Source of the DNA: Welwitschia mirabilis
Taxonomy: Eukaryota
Assembly (NCBI GenBank): GCA_051453625.1
Contig: JBOZIK010000001.1
Location: forward strand, 44,123,536 to 44,160,011
Reading direction: 5' to 3'
DNA: 36,476 bases
Shown here: positions 23,491-36,029 of the stretch, piece by piece
Layout: each line of letters opens with the position of its first letter
How positions within the stretch are numbered: the stretch's first letter is position 1
Notes under the pieces: generated by a model
What the model was told of the DNA's origin: nothing
The model's input: only the letters and a program-made list of their open reading frames with translations
The model's database searches: none
Made by a program: the position numbers and the translations under genes

Positions 23491-24584
23491 TGCATGTATT
23501 TGATAGCATATTTTGTGTAGTTTTGCAGGATATTAGGTAGGTTACATTATATTTTCATGATAAGGGAGAGTCAAGATGAAAGATATAAAAACATGTAATA
23601 TTTATGAAATTTTATAGCATTTAGAGCAATTTACAATATTTTCTATTTTGAAGTAAACTTTCTACAAACATTGAGGCTGATGCATTACATAAAAACTTGT
23701 AAAAAAACCTATCATTCACTTCATTGTCCAAGCGACTATATGGATGACAAAATAGTTAAAGCCAAGAAGGATGATAACTATACTCAATTTGGTAGATGAC
23801 ATGGATTACTTATGAGGTGACATCATCTCCTGTATTGGCCGGGTGACCAATAGGATGATATTTGTTATACCACTCCCTTAGATATTCACCTAATTTTTAC
23901 AATTTTATCTTTGTATTTCTTACATGACTGTTAGGACTGTACCTGTGCCTGTTTTCTATTTTGTTGTTTGTGTGTCTGTTTGTTAATAAGTATTGATTCT
24001 ACCTTTGACTCCTACTTGTCTTCACTTATACTAGAAATTCTTATGACAGGAGATTGAAGGGCTAAAGATTCATCCTTGGTAGTTGCAAAGAGATGTCTTC
24101 CTTGATGTTGGGTTATACTTCCTCCATTGAGGTAGGGCTACTTTGTAACACAGATGTGGTTTAAGACTAATATAATAAGTTATTTTTTTAATGTTCTATG
24201 CCTATTATTACTTATCCCTCATAGTTTATGTTGCTACTGATTCTATAATAGTTTCTTGAGTAATATAGGTTATGAGGGCAACCTTTGTCAAGGTTGAGAA
24301 TTCTTAGTTTAGGTGCATTATTATTTTCCTTTCCTAAATTAACTTTTCATAAGTGTGTTTGCATTGTGATTTTCTGCATTACAATCTATTTCTATTACCA
24401 GAATATGTAAGTGTTTCATCTTAAAATCAGTTCTCTTTCTTTTAGCTTTGGCCTTTGATGGATTACAACATTCAAATCCACTTCTCTTTATATTAGTGTA
24501 TTGTATTATGTAAAATATCTATTTTATTTGTGAATCATAGGATCTTCTTGAGTGTAATAATTTACACAACTACACACCACAACA
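23491..24584 (+). repeat. Putative 5' LTR (3' end firm, 5' end approximate)
   Basis: Ends ...caccacaaCA (24584) three bases before the PBS; start guessed at a TG near 23491-23501. Confidence 0.5.
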
Positions 24585-24587
24585 TCT

Positions 24588-24605
24588 TGGTGCTGTTGCT
24601 GGGGA
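24588..24605 (+). other. Primer-binding site, tRNA-Asp type (Athila)
   Basis: TGGTGCTGTTGCTGGGGA is the canonical TGGCGCCGTTGCCGGGGA with three CpG C-to-T changes. Confidence 0.9.
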
Positions 24606-25183
24606 AGGTTGCTTGGAGTTTGAGAGTTGTCATTAATTAGATGAGTGTTTGGATATCCATTCGGATGTTTGCTTACAATGGTGCTATATTTTTAGTTATA
24701 GTAGTATAAGTTTTTGTTTTTGTAGTTTCTGTTTTTTATTTTTTTAAAATTTTTTAGGATTTTTATATCATCCTATATATCATCTAGATGACTCAGGAGG
24801 ACGACCATCTACTTTCTATGTTTTCTATATCTACTATTTCACATTTCTGTTTGCTACATTTTTTGTTTTTCTTAGTGCTTTCTATGTTTCTATCATTCAT
24901 ACTATCATCTGGACAATCATAGGATGATACATTAAACATTAAAACTAAGCATGCTGAAATATGATAAAATTTAGTAAGAAAGAAAATATCAGAGAGAGTG
25001 GCTTTTCATAAAAGGAAAACATCCGAGAAGTTTTGATTGAGTTCAAATTTAACTCAAGTACACACACCAAAGATATGCAAGTTTTAAAAATTCTAGAAAT
25101 TTCTACATTTATTTCTTTAGAACTTAATTTGTAAAAGAATTTTTTTAGAAGATTGTTTCGATGATAGTTTTTAATTTTTAAAT

Positions 25184-26900
25184 ATGTCTAGTTCATTACA
25201 AAAGTAAAAGAAAGTTACTTTACCTAATTCACCTCTTGTTATTAGAAACCCTACAACTATACCTATAAACCCTAATGCTAATGTCACCCTTAGAGATTTG
25301 ATTGCTAATGAAAAATGTGAAATCCAAACCCTTTTTGATTTACCTCCTAGTAATAATGTTGAACTTAGGAATTTAAATGCTTATCCCTTTTTTTGTGGTA
25401 AACATGACAAAGATCTTTTACAATACATTACCCACATTAAATAGTTAGTGATCACTTTAAGAAATGGTAAGAAAAGAATAAGTAATAGAACTAACATGAT
25501 TATTTTTCCCATCAGTTTAAAAGGTAAAGCTGAACTTTGGTTAAGAATAGTTTCTTATAAGAGTTAAAATCATGGAGTTAAGTTCAATAATCTTTCATTA
25601 AGAGATTCATGAATGAAAGTATCATTAGAAAATATAAGAAAGAAGTAACTAACTTCCAATAATAGCCTGATGAAAACTATGGCTCTATCTATAAAAGATT
25701 TTTCATTGCTTTACATTCGAACCTTATAGATGTTTTTTCTTAAGAAGAAGTGATAGACTATTTTTATAGTGGACTCAACAGTCAAACTAAGTAATTAGTT
25801 GATTTTGTGTGGGGAGAAAATTTTGAACCTCAGTTTAGAAAATGCTTGAAAAGTATTGGAAGAATTAGTGGAAGTGAGTCAAACTTGACTTAAACCCTTA
25901 CCTAGAGAAAATCAAACTATAGAGAAAATCATTAAAGATCTTAAGGAGGTAAAGTAAGAAAAAGAAGATATAAAATTTGATAAAGAACCAATAAATGTTA
26001 TTAAAGATTTTACCTCAACTTTAGAAAAATACACTCAGATGATTTTAGATGCAAAGGTAGCAATACAAAAGGGTGTGGTTGTAGCTCCAACTTATGATTT
26101 GTACATAAAAAACTATCATGTAATAAAAGAGTGTCTTTTATTACCAACATATAAAGAAAGAATAAGGAAGAATTATGCACTTTTAACCAAAGGTATTCAA
26201 ACTCTAACCAAAACCAAAGTCAAATCCAAAATCACAACAATTTTCAACCTAAGATGAATGGACCACCCAATTTCAAAAATTTTCAAACAAATCATCATAA
26301 TTTCCAACCATTTAGAAAGAGATTTGAGAATGTAAATTTTCAATTAAACAACTCAAATAATCAAGCAAGCTCACCCAAAACCAAGGTGATCAACTTATAA
26401 ATTCCATTAATGAGTTCAGAAAAAAAAAGAAAGAATAAACTCCAACATTGAAAATATTATAAGTATTTTGCAATAAACCATACTTGCTAATCAAATACCA
26501 TAAGGGTCACTTGCTATACAACCTTTACTAAACCCAAATGAAGCTAAAAAAGATTATAAAGTTATGAAAAGAAGTGAAAATTATATAACACTTTATACCC
26601 ATAAGGCTCTAACATCTCAGCGTAATAAAAATGATGAAGAAGGGGATATAGAAATTTTAGAAAATCATTGTTTCCCTTCTTTTTTAAATAATAAAAAGAA
26701 AAATTTTTCTCATAAGAAACCTGCTATCCCTTGGCTTGATAGATTGAATACAAATCCTACCTTTGATGAATATCTTAAATCCTTAATGCAAAATGTGAGT
26801 ATCAATTTATCATTTTGGACAATTTTTCAAGAAAATCCTAAGTATTCTAAGTTGTGAAAAGATCTAATTAGGAGGAAATAAAAATAAACTATTCCTAGTA
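25184..26900 (+). pseudogene. gag: Athila gag (decayed)
   Basis: ATG at 25184; PFFCGKHDKDLLQYI (cf. PxFxGxxxEDPxxH); IFPISLKGKAELWL (25502; cf. LFPFSLxxxAxxWL); PKYSKL*KDLIRRK. Confidence 0.8.
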
Positions 26901-29160
26901 AAGCCTTTATAGCATAATCCATTAACAACTTAGTTTTACAGAAATGTTTAAAGTCTAAAGATTTGGGGACAGTAACTGTTAGTGTTACTTTAGAAGGAAA
27001 TAGAAGAATAAATAAAGGCCTTGACTTGTATTGGAGCTAGTTTCAACATTATACCTTTACACATTTATTAATGACTTGAGTTGGTAAATATAATATATCT
27101 TATAAGTATTGTCTTAGAATTGATGGATACATTTGTTAAGAAACCTGTATGTGTGATTAAAGATTTAGTCATTTAGATTGAAAAATCATTCTACTCCATT
27201 GATGTGCTTGTGATAGAAGTTGAACATAATGATGGTTATCCTTTACTTCTAGGTATAGATTGTTGTGAAACAACCCATTGTATTATAAATACAAGAACAG
27301 GTTTAATGAAGTGCCATTTAGGAAATAAGAAGTTTTTAATAAGAGCATTTGATATCGTAAAAAATATTTAGGTAATGATTTGAGTGTGGAAGAAGAGATG
27401 AAGCCAAATTTATTTTTATAGCACTGTCCACTTGAAAAAGATGATCAATGCTTTATGAACCAACTTTGTTTGATTATTAACTTGAAGTAGACAACTTTAT
27501 GCTTTTTATGAAGATTAACTTGATTTTAACCATTTAGAAATTGATTATTTTAATCTATAGAGTAGAAAAACTGAGTCTATTAACTATGCAAAAGTCCAAG
27601 ATCTGAGTAGAACTCAGATTTCTTCTTTTGAAGGTGGCCATCCACTACTGATGTCCAGACAATAGTCTAAGACGACAGTGAATTTTCTTAAAAATTTATA
27701 AAAAATAAAAATCTAAATTTAAAAAATTNNNNNNNNNNNNNNNNNNNNNNNNNNNNNNNNNNNNNNNNNNNNNNNNNNNNNNNNNNNNNNNNNNNNNNNN
27801 NNNNNNNNNNNNNNNNNNNNNNNNNNNNGAAAGCTCATTAAAATCACAAAACTAAGTTGATCCATTTAGAAATTCCATTGATGAGTTGAGAAAGACACAA
27901 GAAAGAACAAATTCTAACATTAAAAATCTTGTGAGTATTTTACAATAAATCCTACTTGCTAATCAAAGATCACAAGGGTTACTTACCATACAACCTTTAC
28001 CAAATCTAAATGAAGTTAAGAAAGATTATAAGGTTGTGACAAGAAGTGGAAATAAGATAATGCCTCCTACTCATGATGCTTTAACTCTTAAAATGATAAA
28101 AACAATGAAGAACAGGATATAGAAATTTTAGAAAATCATTCTTTTCCTTTTCCTTTAAGCAATAAAAATGAAAATTCTTTTCATAAAAAACTTGCTACTC
28201 CTTAGCTTGATAGATTGAACACAAATCCTATCTTTGATGAAAATTTAAAAGCCTTAATTCAAAATATGAGTATCAATTTACCATACCCTAAGTATTCTAA
28301 GTTATGAAAAGACCTAATTAGGAGGAAACAAAAACGAACCATCCCTAGTAAAGTCTTCCTAGCCTAATCCATTAATAAGTTAGTTTTATAGAAATTTCCA
28401 AAGTTTAAAGATCTGAGGATAGCAATTTTTAGTATTACTTTGAAAGGAAATAGAAGAATAAAGAAATCCTTGATTGATATTGAAGCTAGTAGCAACATTA
28501 TGCCCCTACTCATTTGTTAATGACTTAGGTTGAAAAATAGAAGAGAGCCTACAAGTATTGTCCTAGAATTGGTGGATATATCTCTTAAGAAATCTTTAGG
28601 CTCGATTAAGGATTTAGTCATTTAGATTGAAAAATCATTTTACCCCATTGATATGGTTGTGATAGAAGTTAAAACATAATGATGGTTATCCTTTACTTTT
28701 AGGAAGAGTTTTTTATCCAATAGCCTAGTGTATTACAGATACAAGAACAGGTTTGATGGAGTGTTATTAGAAAATAAAAAGTTTTCAATAAGAGTATTTG
28801 ATGCTTCTAAAAAAGATTTACATAATGATTTGTATGTGGAAGAAGAAATAAAGCCAACTTTATTTTTATAGCACTGTCCACTTCAAGAAAGATCGTCAAT
28901 GCTTTATGAACCAACTTTGTTTGATGATCAACTGGAAGTAGACAACTTAAATGCTTTGGATGAAGATCAACTTAATTTTGACCATTTATAAATTGATTAT
29001 TTTGATCTAGAAAGTAGAAAAATTGAGTCTATCAACTACATAGAAGTCCAAGATTTGAGCAAAACTGAGATTTCTTATTTTAGGGTAGTCATCCACTATT
29101 GACGTCTAAATGACAGTGAATTTTCCCGAAAATTTAATCAAAAATAAAAATCTGAATTCA
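26367..29160 (+). repeat. Diverged direct duplication (~1.35 kb x 2) of the gag C-terminus/protease block across a 100-N gap (27729-27828)
   Basis: 26367-27728 aligns to 27829-~29160 with many substitutions and indels. Confidence 0.92.
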
Positions 29161-32100
29161 AATTTGAATCTGAAACCTTTACCCAGTGGACTAATATACA
29201 TCTTGCTATATAATAATTAGAATAAACCTTTGATAATTAATGGAAATATTTTTCCTTAACAAGAATCGAGATTAATCTCTCTTTTGCAATCTAAGGTAAA
29301 TGTGTTTGCTTGATTCCATAAATATTTAATAGCCATTTCTACCTCAATTGTTTAACATAAAATCTATGTTGAGGATAATGCAAAACCTATTAGGCAACCC
29401 CAAGATAGACTTAATCCAATCCTTAAGCAAGTTTTTAAAGATAAAGTCATAAAACTAATGGATGCTAAAATCATTTATACCATAGCTAATAGTGAGTGGA
29501 TTAGCCCTTTGATGGTAGTGTCTAAGAAAGATGGAAAATGGAGAATGTGAATTGATTATAAAAGATTAAATAAAATAACCAAAAAAGATCATTTTCATTT
29601 GCCTTTTCTTGATCAGATACTTGATAGAATATAAGGACATGCATTTTATTATTTTGTTGATAGATATAGTGATTATAATTAGGTTTATATTATTAGTAAG
29701 GATCAGGATAAAACTACTTTCACTTCATCTTTTAGTATTTTTACTTTTTAATGCATGCCTTTTGGACTTTGCAATGCTCTTAGTACTTTTTAACATGCTA
29801 TGATGAATATTTTTTCTAATATGTTAGAGGATTTGATAGAAATTTTTACGGATGACTTCTCTATTTATGCTAAAAATTCTGAACAAATATTATAAAGATT
29901 AGAAAAATTCCTTAATAGATGCATTTCTATTGGCCTATATTTGAGTTGTAAAAAATATTTATTTTTAGTTAAAAGTGGAATTATTTTTAGGGCATCATAT
30001 TTTGAAAAAAAAATTAGGATGAACCCTAAAAAGATTAGTATCATTCAAAACCTAAATCCTCTAATAAATGTGAAACATATTAGATCTTTTCTTAGGCATT
30101 ATGATTTTTATTATCGGTTTATTTAGGATTATACAAACATTTATAAACCCCTTCACTTATTACTTACAAAATAAGCTAAAATTAAATGGAATGAATCTTG
30201 TCTGCTTGCTTTTACTAGATTTAAATGTAAACTTTCTTCTACTCCTATTGTAATGGGACCTAATTGGAAAAAATATTTTGAATTGATGTGTGATGCTAGT
30301 AATTTTGCCGTGGGTGGGGTACTTTATCAAAAATATGGAAATGATTTTAAAGTTATAACTTATCATAGTAAAAATATGTCTAGAACTCAAATGAACTACA
30401 CTATTATAGAGAAGGAAATATTAGCAATTGTTTTTTTGCCTTAATATGCTTAGATATTATCTTTTAGGGTTTTATACAAATGTCTTTACTAATCATGTTG
30501 TGATTTGTTACCTTTTGATTAAGAAAGATTCTAGTGCTAGATTGATTAGATGGATCCTTCTCATGTAACAATTTAATTTGACCATCATTAATAAAACAAA
30601 AAACCATCATTGTGTTGCTGATCATTTGTCTCATCTCTCTTATCCTATTGATGATTCTTTGATTGATGATTCGTTTCTAGATGAATAACTTTTTACTCTA
30701 TCTTCTACTCATGTTCCTCCTTGGTATGTTAATATTGTTAATTACCTTGTTACTATGTAAATACTACAACATTAGACTTATAATCAACACAAATCTTTTT
30801 TCTATAGAGTAGGTGACTATGAATGGATAGAGCCACATCTGTATCATAGGTGTAAAGATTAAATTATGCAAAAATATGTTCCTAATTGGCAAATTTCTAA
30901 TATCATTCATATTTATCATGGTTGTGTTTGTAGAGGTTATTTTAGAGATATAAAATAGTTATGAAATTCTTCATTCTGGTTTTTATTAGTCCATTCTTTT
31001 TTAGGATTCTTTTGATTTTTCTAGAAGGTATAATCCTTATTAGCAATATGATATCCTTATTCATGTTCAGGANNNNNNNNNNNNNNNNNNNNNNNNNNNN
31101 NNNNNNNNNNNNNNNNNNNNNNNNNNNNNNNNNNNNNNNNNNNNNNNNNNNNNNNNNNNNNNNNNNNNNNNNNNNNNNNNNNNNNNNNNNNNNNNNNNNN
31201 NNNNNNNNNNNNNNNNNNNNNNNNNNNNNNNNNNNNNNNNNNNNNNNNNNNNNNNNNNNNNNNNNNNNNNNNNNNNNNNNNNNNNNNNNNNNNNNNNNNN
31301 NNNNNNNNNNNNNNNNNNNNNNNNNNNNNNNNNNNNNNNNNNNNNNNNNNNNNNNNNNNNNNNNNNNNNNNNNNNNNNNNNNNNNNNNNNNNNNNNNNNN
31401 NNNNNNNNNNNNNNNNNNNNNNNNNNNNNNNNNNNNNNNNNNNNNNNNNNNNNNNNNNNNNNNNNNNNNNNNNNNNNNNNNNNNNNNNNNNNNNNNATAT
31501 AAAATAGTTATTGAATTCTTCATTCTGGTTTCTATTAGTCTATTCTTTTTTAGGATTCTTTTGATTTTGCTAGAAGGTATAATCCTTATCAGCAATATGA
31601 TATCCTTATTCATGTTCAGGATATGCCCCTTAGACCTATTCTTAAATGTAAACCTTTTGACTATTGGGGTATTAATTGTATAGGCCCTATTCCCCCACCT
31701 TCTCATGATAAACATTACATTTTAGTGGCTATAGATTATATTATTAAGTGGGTTGAAGCTATTCCTCCTTCTTTGAATGATTCCCAAACTATTTATCATT
31801 TTCTTAAAACTAATATTTTTCAAATATTTGGTTCTCCTAAGATTATCATTAGTGATCAAGGAACTCATTTTATTAATTAGCATTTTAGTTTATAAATTAG
31901 AATAGAACATAGAGTAGCTTGCGTTTATCATCCTTAGATCAATGAATAGGCTCAAAATGCAAATAGAGAAATTAAGAAAATGTTGCAAAAACTTATCTTT
32001 GTTTATAAAAAATATTGGGCTTCTAAGCTTAATGATATTCTTTGGGCTTATCATACTAATTGGCACAATTCACTTGGTCTTTTACCCTATGAACTTTTAT

Positions 32101-32586
32101 ATGGAAAAGTTTATGTTTTACCTATTGATGTGTGACATAACTCTTATTGTGCTTCTTATCAACTTAATCTTATACATTTTTATGAAAACCTTAAATATAG
32201 ATTAGTCCAATTAGACCACCTTGCTAAAAAATATACTCATTCTATACAATATTAGTTAATCTATAAAGCCTAAGCCAAGTTCAAACATGATAAAAAGTTA
32301 CTTCATAAAAAGTTGAACTTGGTCGACTTGTCTTTTTATATAATACTAGAGTACATCATTTGAATAATAAGTTGATCTCTAAATAGTTATATCCTTATCT
32401 TATAGAGAAAGTAAATCCTAATGGCTCTATTAAGATTTTCGACTTAGAGACTAAGAAGATTCAGAAAATTAATGAACAAAGGTTGAAACTATATGAAACA
32501 TCTTTCGATGCAACTTTGAACATGATGAAAGCACTTATTTTGGAGGTTCTTCTTGATGAGAAGGGCTTCCACCCTATCATTGTTTA
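28400..32586 (+). pseudogene. pol: Athila pol (protease, RT, RNase H, integrase), decayed
   Basis: KSLIDIEASSNIMP and YPLLLGR (protease). KPIRQPQDRLNP, SEWISPLMVVSKKDGKWRM*IDYKRLN, KDHFHLPFLDQ, MPFGLCNA, IEIFTDDFS (FTDD 29845) (RT). FELMCDASNFAVGGVL, NYTIIEKEILAIV (RH). PFDYWGINCIGP, KWVEA, IISDQGTHFIN, KINEQRLKLY (INT). Confidence 0.93.
31073..31496. other. Assembly gap flanked by a ~124-bp near-identical overlap inside integrase
   Basis: 30949-31072 repeats at 31498-31621 with a handful of substitutions. Confidence 0.93.
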
Positions 32587-34779
32587 AATTCTTTCTTAGC
32601 TTATTCCTTTGGTGAATGTTATGATGTCTCTTGATCATCTTTTAAACTTGACTTATGTATTGCTTTATGAAGTTTTCCAAGACTAGTATTCATACTTTGG
32701 CATTTTATAGTGGTAAGATTGGATTTACCTAATCTTAAGACATTCCCATATCTATGGAATTCACTTTAAAGGAAGATGCCTTAGTTCCTGTGATTGTTTT
32801 TTTAATGGTGTAAGGTCTTTAGTTATTTAGAAATGTTCTTTTCTGTCTTTCATCTTACTTATTCACCTTTGTATTTTTGAATGTGTGATCATGTGGGAAT
32901 TTTTTAGGGAAAAGAAAGAGAGAAAGGAAAAAAATAATGCTAATGATCTATCGTATTTATGCTTAAAAAAATACATGATCACTATGATGTTCTATCACAC
33001 AACAGTAATTTTTTCTAAAAGGAATCTTTAGTAGTGTTGGTGGTTATGGAAACTCCACTCGGGGATTGGTCATGCTTCATGGGTTATTACTTCTTTAACT
33101 ATGCTTTCACTCCTCTTATCATAGAAAAGTTGTAATAAACTTTAAGTCTATGGGATAAGTGATGTTCGTAGTGTCATTAGAGGTATTATTTATTTCCTAT
33201 ACTCTTAATATTCATACATGATCATTTTACTTTTGAGTATTTAGATGTGTTTGTGAGATGTGAGTAGATGAATTCATCTTAGAGTAGCTTTTAATCTTAT
33301 AATTCATTATTCTAAGCACTTGAGTTTTGATATCATCATAATTACTACCTTTTTCAGGTAGAACTTTATAGAGTTTATACATTTGATCATCGATTTTTAC
33401 TCAAGTGGCTTTATGATGTTTTTCTTGGGGGTTTACTAGGTTAAGATTTAAGATAGGTAAGCAATATTTTCCTTGTCCTTGTGTTTCTTTTCATTTTACT
33501 TTTTCTTTAGTTATTTAATTTCTTATTTTAAAGTTGTTTCCACATTTTCTCATCTTTATATAGGGCCTTATCATTTATTAGTTTCTTTGCTATTCATTCA
33601 TGTAATATCATTTGCATTTAAGCATTGGAATTAGTTAGAACATCTTTTATGTTTCATAGCTTTTATGAGATTCCTTTTACCTTTTAGAGTTTTATGATTT
33701 GTCTTGTTTTATTTTTCAGTTTGAGCACATTTGTTCATTCTTGATTATCAGGTTTCAACCTACTTAGTTCATTTTCTCAACCATTTTTAGTTGTTTTGAG
33801 TTCTTTTGCTTCATCTTGGTTTTCAGTATTTTCTTTTTCATTTCCTATTTTTCTAAGCTTTTTAATAAATTCTCATACTATGATTACCATATCTGAGCCT
33901 AACTTTCTTAGCTGACATCTTTATTTTTACAAAAATTTTAAAAGTCCCATCTTTCATCTAGATAACACTAGGTGAATGATATATTAATTTTTTCTAAGAG
34001 TCATCCTAGGGCTGTCGTTTGGATGATGTGACTAGAAAATAGTATGATAAAATCATGGATCAAACACTTTTTCCTCATTTTTCTTTATTTTCTTGTCATT
34101 TCTGCCTGTTCTTTTGAGAGATGATAATTCCATAGGACTGTGCCATTACCTTGAATTTTTCCTGATCAATTTCACTTCCAGAATTCCAAGTTTTTTGGAA
34201 ATTTCTCAAAATGAAGTATGTTTGTTTTTTCCTCTTATTTTTCAATTTTTTCTCCCATTTTTAACCTTTTGATATGTAGTTTTTATGTATGTTTATCACT
34301 TTCTTGCACTCTTTGATTTGGAACTTACGGATTTGACTTTCACTATGTATTTTGAAAGTTATAATCAGTTGTGTGTTTTACAAGATAATTTTAACTTTCT
34401 ATCTTTCACACTTGATTTCTCACAAATCATAGGTTGAAACGTAGAGATCCTTTAGGGAAAATTAATCAGTTTGATGTCTTCTATGATTCTACTACATTAA
34501 ATTTTTGATTTAGGTACTTCGAATTTTTACCTTATGTGGGGTCCATGTAAAAAACTATTTTTCCATTTTTCATGCATTTTGTAATTTTATTTTCATGATT
34601 AAGTAATATAGGACATAATGATACTTTTACGAGGGGAAAGGATGTATTTTCATTATTTTTCATAATTTTTTTTGATTTTGGGGTTGAGCATCCATGTGAC
34701 ATATTTGACTTGTCTATGCTATTTCATGTAATTTTTTAACATATTTTTGACTAAGTAGGCCTTGTATGCATAGAGCTAG

Positions 34780-35960
34780 ATAGGCTAAGGTTAAGGCCAA
34801 ATCTATATAGTATAATGTAGGCCCTTTTATTCCATCAGAGGTTAAGTGTATGGAGCCTACACATCCTCTGCATTGACATGGTAAATCATTGATTATTTAG
34901 ATAATCTCCATCCTTGTCAAGCATCATTTTGAAGATTTCGTGAGCAGGATAGAACATGAGGTTGATTAGAGACTCTTAGATCTTTGGTTATAATGGATTT
35001 TGAATGCACAAGGGACATACTATGTATTAGAGTTGAGAGTTTTATGACATCATGCAGATGGAGCGATGCCTAGACTCTCATGATCACTTAGTCAACATGA
35101 TCATAACATCTATATGGGACCACAAGATATCCATACTCCTACACTACATTACAGTAGTATAGATTTAGGTGGTGTGGAAAGTTTACATATTTATTTGGCC
35201 AGAGGAACCAAGGAGCACCAAGCATATGACACTGCATTAGACATCCTGACCAATTTGACATTGAACAGGCAAGGAGTTCTTGTTACCTAGTTGACCCTCA
35301 CATATAGAGTTCTTCACAAAGGGCTAATCCAAAACATTAGCTCATCTTTTTATGATAGTCATGCTCTGATCATGCATTTATAGATTTTGGTAGCTTTTAG
35401 GCAAGAAAAGCATATGGATCTATTGATGTTCATCTAGCGGAGACTCAGGTCAATGGTAAAGGTATAATAGTTATAGACTCTATGTTATCCATGCCTCCTC
35501 TCAGTTTATTCACACAATTTGGAATACCAGAGCTCATGGATAAGAATCACCTTTCATATATTTAGACTTCCAATTCCTATCTACAAAACATCAGCATAGA
35601 GGTAGTAGAAGAGGTAGAGAGACCATAGGTATAGGGACTTGTAGTTGGTATTATACTTGAGTAGATCTAGGCCCTCATGGTAGAGATCACCAAGACCATC
35701 AAAGGTTTTGTTAATTATGGCATCCACATTGTAGATCAGAGGATTTAAGCCCTAGATCAAAGGACTTAAACATTAGAGTGGAGGATGCTGAGAGTTGAGA
35801 GGAGAGTCTAAAACTCTAAGAATTAGATAGTTAACATGTGCCACTTCATTGTAATCATATAACAAAGTATTATAGTTGATATTCCAAAAGCCATTTATGT
35901 CTAGGGAGATGAGATATTTCCACATCTTTGGATCTCTATTTCCTTGCTGATCTTAAGCAT
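34780..35960 (+). pseudogene. Athila env-like / Transposase_32-like extra ORF with C-terminal coiled coil (decayed)
   Basis: WILNAQGTYY...EFY (35037), LTLTYRVLHKGLIQNI, MDLLMFI, LCYPCLL (35480), then heptads VDQRI*ALDQRT*TLEWRMLRVERRV* (35731-). Confidence 0.65.
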
Positions 35961-36029
35961 CATCTATTTTCTCCCCCTGCACCTGAGCCAATTACATAGA
36001 TAGAGTTTATTATGCAATATTAAGGGAAG

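Larger units (their letters stand above)
23491..35960 (+). mobile_element. Decayed Ty3/gypsy LTR retrotransposon, Athila lineage (LTR-PBS-gag-PR-RT-RH-INT-env-like ORF); may be a composite of more than one copy
   Basis: tRNA-Asp-type PBS, gag, protease, RT with FTDD (Athila FMDD), RNase H CDAS, integrase with GPY/F-like tail, and a sense extra ORF after pol, all in gypsy order. Confidence 0.85.
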
